The notes: generated by a model not told the origin, from the letters alone. Shown: positions 22,349 to 32,432, counted from the stretch's first letter. The stretch is 64,000 nucleotides of DNA from an uncultured Acidimicrobiia bacterium (GCA_963786955.1 CAWBAT010000004.1:800001-864000); one strand, 5' to 3'. Translations and numbers: made by a program.

Positions 22349-23142
22349 AATCCTCCTTTCAGAAACAACGCAATCATCTTCCGTTGTTGATCGGGACTTA
22401 AAAAAGCAATGAAATTTTCGAAGGGCCTTCCGCCGTCAGGCAGTGTTGTTCCTAGATCGGCACTGGACTGGTCTATCAATTTGGCTAGCTCATGATTTAA
22501 GCGGCAATATTCATTTGCAGACCAGGCTTTGGCCTGTTCACCATAATGAAATTCTTTGAGGCTACTCTCCAAATTGTCTGGTCGCATGTACAAAGCCCAT
22601 CCTTCCCCATAAGGGTCTTGATTCATGAGGGAGGGAGACACCATGAGCTTTTCATTTCTCTTCTCAATGGTCCCTTTTATCGGGATAGGAACTTCCGTTT
22701 CGCCGGCCCCGTGGGCGATTCTCCAACAGGCATTCCCATTGGAAACCTGGGTTTCTGCAACGGGTAGCCCCACACTGTAAATCCTTCCAACCAAGCGTTG
22801 GGCAAAGTCATCCAGACCGATCCTCACTTTCCCTTCTTCCTCAACTCGCGCCCATACATGCGCTGGGTGCAAAAAAACATCCCCGATGTATTCCTGGCTG
22901 CCAAGCGGTACGGTATGCCTCGTTCCGTCGTGTCCTGGGCGGTGTCGGTGAGAGTCGGTTTCCCCAGCCGTGCACTGATTTTCTTTTGTCTCAAGCCATG
23001 CCTGGTAAAATGCACAATGTTCACAGTCATAATCACGATCGCAGAGCTTGAAATTGACCGTGCCAGACATCATCCAGATACATTTGAGAAGTCGAATTTC
23101 AGCTTGTTGACCCTGTCCTTCCTTTTTCCAATAATCGATCAT
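22345..23142 (-). CDS. GcvH-like protein with Cys-rich N-terminal domain, no lipoyl lysine
   Basis: CIWM-x8-C-x5-CxxC, then HVW, IGLDDFA and DPYGEGW; ESVK replaced by AHGA. Confidence 0.8.
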   Translation of the reverse strand: MIDYWKKEGQGQQAEIRLLKCIWMMSGTVNFKLCDRDYDCEHCAFYQAWLETKENQCTAGETDSHRHRPGHDGTRHTVPLGSQEYIGDVFLHPAHVWARVEEEGKVRIGLDDFAQRLVGRIYSVGLPVAETQVSNGNACWRIAHGAGETEVPIPIKGTIEKRNEKLMVSPSLMNQDPYGEGWALYMRPDNLESSLKEFHYGEQAKAWSANEYCRLNHELAKLIDQSSADLGTTLPDGGRPFENFIAFLSPDQQRKMIALFLKGGL

Positions 23143-23182
23143 GGTCACCCTCCTTCTCCAACAGATCTCAACCTCTACTAGG

Positions 23183-23197
23183 GCAAATGAAGTGCCA
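23183..23197 (-). promoter_or_regulatory. Sigma-54 (-24/-12) promoter
   Basis: Minus strand TGGCAC-TTCAT-TTGC, a consensus match about 40 bp upstream of the ATG at 23142. Confidence 0.8.
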
Positions 23198-23651
23198 TGT
23201 TTAAAGGCCCAGAAAAGTTCTTTCAAGAAGGTGTATCTAGTTGAATAAAAATGAGTTAGTAAATAGCTAATCCGAAGGTCTAAACGGGCTGCTGTTTATT
23301 TATTCAACGCCTCAAGTGGAGAGACTCCTCACAACTTGCCTTATCCAATGAAGAACTCAACACTTAGATCGGTGTATAATCTCTCAACACCGGGTGTTGA
23401 ATGAGACAACAGCGGATTCTATTTTCTGAAGCTGGAAGAGTTTAATCTGAAGCAGGGGATACTTTGTCAAATCACCCGCATGGTGGCAGCCTGTTCCCAA
23501 AGAAGATCTAAAGCCGAGGACGTTCCCCGGAGTAATTTCTTTATTTTGTGTAGGTTTGTTAATTAATTGAATTGACCGAAAGCGGTCATTAAATTGCCTT
23601 CGCCTATTCGTGAGCTAGAATTTGATTTGCCGGAGGAGTCACTCAACAGCT

Positions 23652-25144
23652 ATGAGCTCTGTTACGAATTGGATCCCGATGAAGTGGCCCTGTGGTCCCT
23701 TAGAGGTTGCACTCCGCCAGAGACAAGGAGCACTTAGCGAGGAATTGCGGCAGTCTCTTCAATTGTGGCTACAGCCGTCTTCACTAGCAATTGTTGAGAA
23801 GACTCCGGTCAATTGCCTTGTCATTCGTTGGGCTGCAGGGCTGCCTCAAGATGAGGAACAACAAAAAAGCCTCAAGCCACTGCTGGAAAAAGGGAAGGAG
23901 TTAGGGCTTTCTTTCGCTGGCGTGATCGAAGGAGCCGCCGATAAGCAAGCTGCTCTCAAAACTGCTGCCGATGCTGGTCTTTCAGCCATCATCTCGTCGG
24001 ATCCAAGTAAGCTTTCAGGCAAGCTCCCGATTATTGAATCGTATCAGCGTTCAACCTTGTCCAGCAAAATGACGAGCCCGTTGCTTGCCTGTGGCGACGC
24101 GCTTTGGCCGCGTCTGCGTTCTAGCGTCGCTGCCGACACAGACGCCGTCGTTGCCGGACCAACGGGAGTTCCTTGGGTGGATTCGAATGGATGGTACGTG
24201 CAGCTGGCCAGAACGCTAAGCCACGAAAAGCCTATCTGGTTGATGTTTGATCCTCCAAAAGCAACTTCCGTCCTTCATGGGGAATCCTATTTACTGGCGT
24301 TGGCCGACACGGAAGCTTACGGAGCTCGCTGGGCTGTTTCCCTGGATGACCAATTCAGGAGCGAGCTGGCGAGTCATAGTCCTTCAGCTCTCAAGAAATG
24401 GAAAGGCATCGCAGATGCTTTGTCTTTCTTCCAGAAACGACAAGAATGGAACTCCTTTCGCCCGAAAAGTGTTCTGGCTGTTGTTTCCGATTTTTCAGGT
24501 GCCAATGAATTCCTCAGTGGCGAAGTGTTAAATCTTCTGCGTCGAAGGCAGGTGGCCTTCAGCATTGTCGAGAAATCATCATGGACCGAAACTTCGCAGG
24601 GAGATGTTAAAGCTGTTTTATGGGTAGATCGGGAACCCGTGGGTAAAGACCACATGGCGGAGTTGCTGGGCTTTGCGGAAAAAGGGGGTTTGTTGATCGT
24701 TCCCAAGACGTGGGGGAAAATTCCGGGGACAGCCCAGGGGACCGAGCTAGATGATCGCTTTGAGATCTACAGCAAGGGAAGGGACGTGTGGCTGTGGCCA
24801 GGACAGAGACTGAAGACCCCTATGCGATGGCGGAGGAGGCTCACTTACTATTGAGCCGGCGGAACGATTTGTTTAGACTTTGGAATGCAGGATCTTTCAA
24901 CGGTTACTTAACCGCTTCCGCGGACAGGAAGAAAACTTTATTGCAATTGATTAATTATGCAGGACGAGATGCAGTAGATCTTTTGTCGGTATGGGTGAGG
25001 GGCAACTATTCGCAGACTAAGGTTTGGAGACATTGCAGTGATAATCCGGCGGCCCTGAACTCTGTGCCCATGCAGAATGGCCAGGAATATCATCTGCCTC
25101 CCATTGGTTATTATGTCGCGATTGAAATGGAGAACATGCTCTAG
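23652..25144 (+). CDS. Hypothetical protein (frameshift near 24780)
   Basis: Long ORF with GGAGG RBS, continued by ORF 24788..25144; no family recognised. Confidence 0.7.
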
Positions 25145-25287
25145 TACTGCATTTCATTAATGCGGTGACGTTAACGCCGGGTCGGTGACCCGGCCTACAA
25201 CTTTGTGGGCTTGGGGCTTTCTCAAAGCCCCAACCTCACGCGGCACCTGTCCTAAGATGAGTCACCGTAAGTACGAATCGCAATACT
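25143..25287. repeat. MITE-like element with REP-type hairpin (copy 2, inverted)
   Basis: TAACGCCGGGTCGGTGACCCGGCCTACAACTTTGT is the reverse complement of the core of 14878..15006; same TIR family. Confidence 0.7.
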
Positions 25288-25339
25288 TTAGAAGCAGTTC
25301 CAGGCTTCGCTCTTGTTGAGCTCTTAAGGAGAAATTCCC

Positions 25340-26536
25340 ATGCGAACGGAACTCAATCGAAGGGAATGGCTGACGACAGCCGGAAAATCCCTTGCCGGTA
25401 TCTATCTCGGCCGTACCCTGACGAGCTATGCATCAACGGCACCGACCGCTCCAGTGTCTGTCGCCAAATGTCCCAATTACGGGGATATCCTGGTTCCCAC
25501 TCTGGAAAAGATGTTCGATCAATTAGGGGGACTCGATAGACTCGTCAAGGGTAAAACGGTTGCCATCAAGCTGAACCTCACAGGGAATCCCAACCATCGG
25601 CTCGCTCACCTCCCTTTAGGACAGGCGCAATGGGTGCATCCCAAGATAGTCGGCGCAACGGTCTATCTTCTGGGTCAGGCAGGGGCTCGGCGGATCCGGT
25701 TGTTGGAGAGCCCCATGTCCACCAGTGAGCCTCTCGAAGAATTCATGCTCGCGGCCAATTGGGAGCCGCGCGAGTTCCTGAGTGCCGCTCCTCGGGTAGA
25801 ATTTGAAAACACGAATTATCTGGGGACAGCCAAGAAGTACACACGATTTCAGGTGCCGCGTGGAGGACTGCTCTTTTCAGCCTACGATTTGAATCATTCC
25901 TACGAAGATTGTGATGTTTTCGTGTCTATCGCGAAGCTAAAGGAACATCTGACGGCAGGCATCACGCTTTCCATGAAGAATTGCTTTGGCATCACCCCTT
26001 GCACGATTTATGGGGAAGCCGCCGGAGAGGACGAACCCAGTCTCACTCCCAAGGGCGGGCGAAGGCTATTCCATGACGGATTCCGGCAACCTTCAAAGTG
26101 CTCGCCTCCGGAAAAAGATCCTTCTGGTTCCCGTGAGGGAGGGTATCGCGTCCCCCGGGCAGTCGTCGATTTGGTGGCAGCACGGCCAATCCACCTGGCC
26201 ATTATTGACGGAATTGACACCATGACATCCGGAGAAGGTCCCTGGGCGCCGAATACCCGCCCCGTTAAACCCGGAGTGCTGATTGCCGGAACAAACTGCG
26301 TCACCACGGACGCCGTCGGTACGGCCATCATGGGATATGATCCCATGGCGGATCGGGGAATCTCTCCATTTGAAACTTGTGACAGCACTCTTCGCCTGGC
26401 AGAAGACATGGGCCTGGGAATTCGGGATCTCAACCGCATTGAGGTTCGGGGTGTCCCCATCCCACAGGCCAGATTCGACTTCAAGCCTTATCACAACTCT
26501 CCTTGGAATGTCGAAGATCTCGACTTCCGATGCTGA
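25340..26536 (+). CDS. Tat-exported DUF362 domain protein
   Basis: RREWL signal; IKLN, AKLKEH...TLSMKN and IIDGI...EGP motifs. Confidence 0.8.
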   Translation: MRTELNRREWLTTAGKSLAGIYLGRTLTSYASTAPTAPVSVAKCPNYGDILVPTLEKMFDQLGGLDRLVKGKTVAIKLNLTGNPNHRLAHLPLGQAQWVHPKIVGATVYLLGQAGARRIRLLESPMSTSEPLEEFMLAANWEPREFLSAAPRVEFENTNYLGTAKKYTRFQVPRGGLLFSAYDLNHSYEDCDVFVSIAKLKEHLTAGITLSMKNCFGITPCTIYGEAAGEDEPSLTPKGGRRLFHDGFRQPSKCSPPEKDPSGSREGGYRVPRAVVDLVAARPIHLAIIDGIDTMTSGEGPWAPNTRPVKPGVLIAGTNCVTTDAVGTAIMGYDPMADRGISPFETCDSTLRLAEDMGLGIRDLNRIEVRGVPIPQARFDFKPYHNSPWNVEDLDFRC

Positions 26537-26591
26537 TCCTTCTCCTGACAATTTGAGCGGTTCCAGAATCCGGAATTCAAAGAGGTGCGTC

Positions 26592-27711
26592 ATGTCTTAC
26601 TTTGAAAAGATGGATGGGTTGGGACATGAAGAATTGATTCTTTGCCGCATGCGAGAGGCCGGTTTACGCGCCATTATCGCCATCCACGATACGACACTCG
26701 GACCCTTCGCTCGGCGGAACAAGGATGTGGCCCTATTCTTCGGAAGGAGAGGCCATTACCGACGCTCTTCGGCTTGCCCGAGGCATGACTTACAAAGCAG
26801 CCGCGGCCGGGATTAAATATGGGCGGGGGAAAAGCCGTCATCATCGGAGATCCGAAGAAAGATAAATCGGAAGCTCTTTTTCGCGCCTTCGGCCGCTTCA
26901 TCGAAACACTCAAAGGGAGATTCATTACCGGAGAGGATGTGGGTGTCGACGTGAACGATGTCGAGTACATGTTCATGGAAACTCGATACGTCACGGGGCT
27001 ATCCAGAGCCCATGGAGGGGGAGGTGATCCGGCGCCCGTCACCGCTTTTGGAGTGCTTCAAGGGTATCCGGGCCTGCACTGAGGTGCGACTCGATACTAC
27101 CGAGTTGAAAAACATGTCTGTGGCGGTACAAGGTTTGGGAAATGTCGGTTTACATCTGGTCAAGCTGCTGAAAAACGAGGGCGCCCGCATCGTAGCCGCA
27201 GACATCGACATGGAAAAAGACACGGTATGCCAAAGCCACTTTAGACATTGAGATCGTCGAACCTGAGGAAATTTATAAGGTCGAAGCAGACATTTTTGCG
27301 CCTTGTGCCCTCGGCGCCGTCGTCAACGATAAGACCTTGGAACGGATGAAATTCAAGATCATCGCTGGGGCTGCCAACAATCAGTTGGAAGAAGACCGGC
27401 ACGGATTAGAACTCTATCATCGCAATATCCTGTACGCCCCCGATTACGTCATCAATGCCGGCGGGATGGTCAATGTCTTTGTAGAACTCGAAGGGTATGA
27501 TCGTGAAAGGGCCATGCGGATGAGCCGTGGCATCTATTACAATCTTCGCAAGGTCTTTCAGATTGCCAAGCGAGAAAATATCTCCACGAATCTGGCGGCA
27601 GACAAATTAGTGGAAGAACGCATTGCGATGATGCACCATCTGAAAGGGATTCATACTGGACAATCATTCAGTCGGTTTCATTGGGAACATCGGAGTGGCA
27701 GCTCCCGCTGA
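26592..27711 (+). CDS. Glu/Leu/Phe/Val (leucine) dehydrogenase, multiple frameshifts
   Basis: [39 protein letters not shown] and [11 protein letters not shown] spread over frames. Confidence 0.9.
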
Positions 27712-27912
27712 ACAGTGGTCCCGCTGGCGTTCGAACCACGGGTGAAATATTGCGCGTCAATAATGCGTCTGATTTGATTTTGCAGTAAGGAGATGATGCT
27801 TCGAATAATAAAAGCCAATCTCATGGCAATTTGAAAAGCCGTAGACTTCATAAAGCGCATCAACATGACTAGCCCACTTTCTTCGACCCGGGCGCACTAT
27901 TTCCAGTAACAC

Positions 27913-28734
27913 TCAAATCAGGCTAAAGAGTTCCGCAGTTTCGAGCGCCAATACCCCTTCCCAAGTCAAATCCTCCCAATTTCTCCATCGACGGCCTGGT
28001 TCCAACAATTGATAATCATAAGACCTCGTTTGCCCGCCGAACCGAATGGTATTTTGGCGATGAAAGTTTAAAGTCTTTTTGCCAAACGAGGCGCCGGACA
28101 AACCGATGACGCAATCAATCAGGCAACCCGACCCTTCTGGTAATGTCACGCTGAATCCAAAAATTTCCGCATAGTCTAGAAAAACCGACCGGAGGTGTTC
28201 GATGATTCTGGCGGCCAGGGCAAGTCCGCCGCACCGTTCTCCATGGAAGCGCTCCGCTTGACCTAAGATTGAAATCAACATGGCTTGCCGGCTGTCGGGC
28301 TGGCCGATCGATGCGCTTCTCGCAGAATGAATGGCATCGCGGCTGCGAAAATAGGGTTTTAGATCGATAATGGGTGTCCCTTCGATAAAGTCGAGCTGAT
28401 CGACCCAGACGATATTCCCTTCGACCCTTTCAATTCTTGCAGCGGTGAGTGCCAGTGGGTTAGGCCGGGTAGGAGAGCGAACGGCAAAAACTCCATGCAG
28501 CGTGGTCTCATCCTGAATGCGCACGCCTCGCGGTGTGACCTGCAATCGTTCCCGTCCCGCCTCATGCAACCAGGCGACTACCCACAAGTGACTGTGTTTT
28601 TCCAAGTGGCGGAGTCCAGGCTCATACTTTGGGAAAAGCTCTATCCGGGCGGGTACCCCAAAAGGTGGCATCAACTTCCCGTCTTTCACTTCGGAACAGA
28701 CTACACCAATCGGCGTGATTGTTTCAGGCTCCAT
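27913..28734 (-). CDS. TsaA/TrmO-like SAM-dependent methyltransferase fused to an FmdE-like domain
   Basis: GVFAVRSPTRPNP and GTPIIDLKPY; C-terminal FHGERCGGLAL...CLIDCV. Confidence 0.8.
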   Translation of the reverse strand: MEPETITPIGVVCSEVKDGKLMPPFGVPARIELFPKYEPGLRHLEKHSHLWVVAWLHEAGRERLQVTPRGVRIQDETTLHGVFAVRSPTRPNPLALTAARIERVEGNIVWVDQLDFIEGTPIIDLKPYFRSRDAIHSARSASIGQPDSRQAMLISILGQAERFHGERCGGLALAARIIEHLRSVFLDYAEIFGFSVTLPEGSGCLIDCVIGLSGASFGKKTLNFHRQNTIRFGGQTRSYDYQLLEPGRRWRNWEDLTWEGVLALETAELFSLI

Positions 28735-28875
28735 TAAACCTCCGATAATCCTTTCCCCCCACTGCTATGGCACTCTCGATGCGCAGTTGGCCCTGGGGGA
28801 CCAGCCGGGGTCAACGTCATCGGCTACAGCAAGGCATCTGAATCGATCCCATTAAACACCCGGTGGCGATTTCAG

Positions 28876-29538
28876 CTAATCGCGAATAGCTATGAGCTTC
28901 CGCAGGTCATCCGGCGACAACTCATCCAGACCTTCCACCACGAGATGCGCGGCATTCAGGGCCTCTCGAGAATGGCTGGTCAGTACTGCCAGGCATTTCA
29001 TTCCGGCTCGGCGGGCCGCCGCGACACCAGCCACAGAGTCTTCGATCACAAGGTTTTTTTCTGCCGGGATTTCCATGAGGCGCGCCGCTTCCAGAAAAAC
29101 AGCCGGGTCCGGCTTACCCGGCATGTTGGCGCCCGAAACAATGGCCTTGAAATAACTGCGGATCCCCATTTCGTTGACCAAAGCATCAATGTTAGCTTGT
29201 GGGGCCGAGGAGCCAATGGCTTGTAGAAACGACTCCCCGGCAAAACGATCGAGCCAAATCCTGACACCACTCATCGGCTGGACTCGCCCCTGAATGAGTT
29301 CCCGAAAGAGCCGCTCTTTTTCATCACTGATTGCAGACAGAAGTTGCGGATCGTGAGAATGACCCAGCAAAGTGGTCAACACTCCGGTGTTATTCATGCC
29401 GAAGGTTTTGCGAAAAAAATCATGGTCAAATGGAATTTGATAGGGTGCCAGCGTCTTCAACCAGGATTGAAAGTGAAATTCACCTGTATCGACTAGCACG
29501 CCATCCAGATCCCAGATCACTCCGTAGTGATTGTTCAT
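28876..29538 (-). CDS. HAD-superfamily phosphatase (beta-PGM-like)
   Basis: DLDGVLVD, GKPDP, EDS..G motifs. Confidence 0.9.
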   Translation of the reverse strand: MNNHYGVIWDLDGVLVDTGEFHFQSWLKTLAPYQIPFDHDFFRKTFGMNNTGVLTTLLGHSHDPQLLSAISDEKERLFRELIQGRVQPMSGVRIWLDRFAGESFLQAIGSSAPQANIDALVNEMGIRSYFKAIVSGANMPGKPDPAVFLEAARLMEIPAEKNLVIEDSVAGVAAARRAGMKCLAVLTSHSREALNAAHLVVEGLDELSPDDLRKLIAIRD

Positions 29539-29717
29539 TTCCCCTTCTTATAGTCATAGAGCCAGCGAGCCGTCGAGGTCCCGATATTCCGAGCAGAATG
29601 CCGTGCCTGCACTGGAATCAAAAGTTCTTCTCCGGGCTGTGGTTGTGGTGTTTTGCCTTCAATTTCAAATTCCATGTCTCCCTCCAAGACCACGACTTAT
29701 TCATCCGTACGCACCAT
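29535..29717 (-). pseudogene. Cupin-domain gene remnant
   Basis: Manual translation TDE*VVVLEGDMEFEIEG...PGEELLIPVQARHSARN with an in-frame TAA and no N-terminus; its stop overlaps the HAD ATG. Confidence 0.6.
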
Positions 29718-29740
29718 TAATAGTCAGGTTTGCCGGATTG

Positions 29741-30520
29741 TTAGTCCGTGCTCAACATGTATACCTCACGAAATTGATTTACAATGGTCCGTAGTTTGTC
29801 GTCCAACATCGACATGGCTCGCTCGGCAATGTTCTTGGGAATGCCCCCGTAAAAGGCTTCGGAGATCCCGCCAGCAATGCAGGCCAAGGTATCGGCATCC
29901 CCGCCGAGGGAAACGGCCAACCGGATTGCCTCTTCATAATTAGAAGAGTCGAGGAAGGCGGTAATCGCTTCCGGCACTGTCCGTTGACATGACTCGTTAA
30001 ATGAATAGGTCGGTCGAATATCCTCGATCGTGCGGCTGAGGTTGTAATTAAACCTGTCTTGGATAGCCTTGCGGATCCCATCCTTCGTTTCCCCTTGGCG
30101 CGCGAGAAAAATTGCCGTGGCCGTGGCCTGCGCCCCCCGAATGCCTTCTAGATGGTTGTGGGTCACTTCTGCACTTCGCTTTGCTTCGTATAGTACCTCC
30201 TCAAGGGAGCCAAAAGCGAACCCTACAGGGCTAACCCGCATTGCGGCACCGTTGCCCCAACTGTGGTAAGGCGCGCGCGAGCCGGATTGTACCCACTGCG
30301 AGAAACCACCACCGTAGCCACGATCGGGGTAAGTGAGCGTATACTCGTGAAACTTCTCGACGTAAGGAGATCCCGTAAGCAGACAATCCGCTACCGCGAT
30401 GGTAAGCACACTGTCATCGGTGAATGTGCTCTCCTCGACAAACAACGGGAAGTCTAGGATCTTTTCTCCCTGGAACTCATGGACAGATCCGATGATGTCA
30501 CCAGCAATGGCACCTAGCAT
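29741..30520 (-). CDS. ADP-ribosylglycohydrolase family protein
   Basis: GAIAGDIIGS, FTDD, SWGNGAAMR, GGDADT. Confidence 0.92.
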   Translation of the reverse strand: MLGAIAGDIIGSVHEFQGEKILDFPLFVEESTFTDDSVLTIAVADCLLTGSPYVEKFHEYTLTYPDRGYGGGFSQWVQSGSRAPYHSWGNGAAMRVSPVGFAFGSLEEVLYEAKRSAEVTHNHLEGIRGAQATATAIFLARQGETKDGIRKAIQDRFNYNLSRTIEDIRPTYSFNESCQRTVPEAITAFLDSSNYEEAIRLAVSLGGDADTLACIAGGISEAFYGGIPKNIAERAMSMLDDKLRTIVNQFREVYMLSTD

Positions 30521-30638
30521 TTCGTCTCACTCTCGGCCTCAGGGCAAGGTGGATAAGTTACAGCTTTGCCTACCGATGGGTACGCAGACTTAAAGCTGGG
30601 GTCGCCCCGCGATGCCAGGCCGAGCCCGAGAGACATTC

Positions 30639-30681
30639 CCCTGTCGCCCTCGGCGACTGTCCCCCCTCGATTGAGGGGGAC
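30639..30681. repeat. REP-like double hairpin
   Basis: CCTGTCGCC..GGCGACTGTCCCCCCTC..GAGGGGGAC; similar copy at 33854..33894. Confidence 0.6.
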
Positions 30682-30786
30682 TTTTGTGTAGCTTGCTGTT
30701 GTTAAGCTTCGCCGCTTCGAGAAGTTCCACCGGCGAGCTTCAACCGGCGCTCTCTCCGCGCTTCGATGTGAAAACAGGATGACAGC

Positions 30787-31404
30787 TTAAAGCAACGACA
30801 GGTCTGCCTTCGGTTCAAAGCCGGCGCCGGAACCTTGCCCATAGACACTCTCTAAATACGACCGAGCAATGACTGCAGCAGGTAAGCTGTTGCTGAGATC
30901 CATCCCCCGTGCCTTGAGTGTCTCGGTAACCCAAGGCGGGCTGACGACGTTGACCCTGATGCCTCGTGGCGCTTCCAAGGCAGCCGCTCTCACAAAGCCC
31001 TCCAGGCCAGCTGTCACGAGGCTGATCGCCGCCCCGCCAGGCATCGGCGAGCGAGAAAGTGTCCCGGCGGTTAATGTGAAAGATCCTCTGTCAGCAACAC
31101 TTGAAAGGCCGCAGCGGACAAGATTAACCTGCCCCATGAGCATATTTTTGAGGGAATAGTCGAAGTCCCTGTCGGAGAGCTTCGACAGCGGCGCAAAGGC
31201 CACATCGCCCGCGGAGGAAATCACCGCGTCGATCTTGCCCACGGCCCGGTACATGGCAGCAATTGACTTTGGATCTTGAATGTCCACTGCGATCGGCATG
31301 GTCCGGCGGGAGACTAGAACCAGCTCGTGACTGGGCCCTAGCGCTGCCACGATTGCGCGGCCAATCGTACCGGAAGCTCCAATAATCAGAATCCGCATTG
31401 ACAT
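30787..31404 (-). CDS. Short-chain dehydrogenase/reductase
   Basis: GASGTIG, IRVNVVSP. Confidence 0.88.
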   Translation of the reverse strand: MSMRILIIGASGTIGRAIVAALGPSHELVLVSRRTMPIAVDIQDPKSIAAMYRAVGKIDAVISSAGDVAFAPLSKLSDRDFDYSLKNMLMGQVNLVRCGLSSVADRGSFTLTAGTLSRSPMPGGAAISLVTAGLEGFVRAAALEAPRGIRVNVVSPPWVTETLKARGMDLSNSLPAAVIARSYLESVYGQGSGAGFEPKADLSLL

Positions 31405-31544
31405 CTCTTCGCTCGTTTAGCTTACCATTCAAACCGGCAACCGTGGAAATCGAAATCCCACCTAGCGCCAGTGTCTCCTGCAGCCTATTTCAACCGTCGG
31501 GTGAAACAAGCTTATTCGCTTTGACGCAGCGTTCGAAAACGACC

Positions 31545-31961
31545 TCACGATCGAGGCGCCAACAACCTTAGTGTAATGAGGAGCAACCCCAGGACAACCG
31601 CTCCAGCTGATTGGATGGCCGGGATGAGAAGAAAAGCAAGCCGCGTCCATTCTCCTGATCCCCGCCAGAACATCGGCGCGTAGAGGGCAATACCTGCGCA
31701 CAGACACAGGGACCCGCCGAAAAAAACAAGCTTTGTTCCACGAGTGGATGGCAAGTGGCCTACTGCTTCGAGAAGCACATAGGGCAGAAGCGGCAAGACG
31801 AGCGTTTCCCACATATTGCCAAGATGGTGGTGGTACAAAGCATTCAGACTGATAACGATGGAAAGGAGCCCGGCCAAGCGATGGGGCCACAAGCTCATCC
31901 GGGCAACGTTTTGAGCAAAACCGGCGTTGATTCCCTCATCGGATGACATCTTTAGAAGCAC
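31545..31961 (-). CDS. Hypothetical membrane protein
   Basis: About four hydrophobic segments; start uncertain. Confidence 0.45.
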   Translation of the reverse strand: MLLKMSSDEGINAGFAQNVARMSLWPHRLAGLLSIVISLNALYHHHLGNMWETLVLPLLPYVLLEAVGHLPSTRGTKLVFFGGSLCLCAGIALYAPMFWRGSGEWTRLAFLLIPAIQSAGAVVLGLLLITLRLLAPRS

Positions 31962-32087
31962 CTCTACAAACTGTATCTACCCGTAAAACAGCAACCATGA
32001 CCAATCGCGCCTCAGCAGTGGAGCTTACGGAAAAGGAGGGCTACGCGCGGCCCGGTGGAAGTCCTTGTTCTCCCGTGTTACTCGGAC

Positions 32088-32432
32088 TTACGGATGAAAG
32101 ATGATTTTCTGCGCCTGCACAGCATCGACAATCGCGAGCAGATACGCCTTTTGCTGTCCGGAAGAAGCAGCGCGAATCGTGTCCGCATCTTTTCTAAAGC
32201 CTTGGCGTGTCAGGAAATCACAGAAGCTCGCCAAAACCTCGCTTTCTCCAGAGTTAACTGTCGCCCGCAATTCCTCAAGGGACGGAAGCCAACAATTGCC
32301 ACACCGATAGGACGTGAAGATTTTGCGCGGTTCCGGATTCCAGCGAGGAATCACATGGGCGTCCGCACCTGAGCATGGGGTATGGCAAGTCGAACACAAG
32401 AGGAAGTAAGACTCAGGGGCTTCTTCATCCAT
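32088..32432 (-). CDS. Hypothetical protein with CxxC motifs
   Basis: CSTC and CGNC; ATG after GAGGG. Confidence 0.5.
   Translation of the reverse strand: MDEEAPESYFLLCSTCHTPCSGADAHVIPRWNPEPRKIFTSYRCGNCWLPSLEELRATVNSGESEVLASFCDFLTRQGFRKDADTIRAASSGQQKAYLLAIVDAVQAQKIIFHP

Noticed and set aside
21635-23142. Glycine cleavage system or sHdr-type lipoate-binding proteins
   Set aside because: No lipoyl lysine, and no gcvP/T, hdr-like or lipoate ligase genes in the window.
28767-28781. Sigma-54-like motif TGGCAC-TCTCG-ATGC on the plus strand
   Set aside because: No plus-strand gene lies downstream and the -12 box is imperfect.
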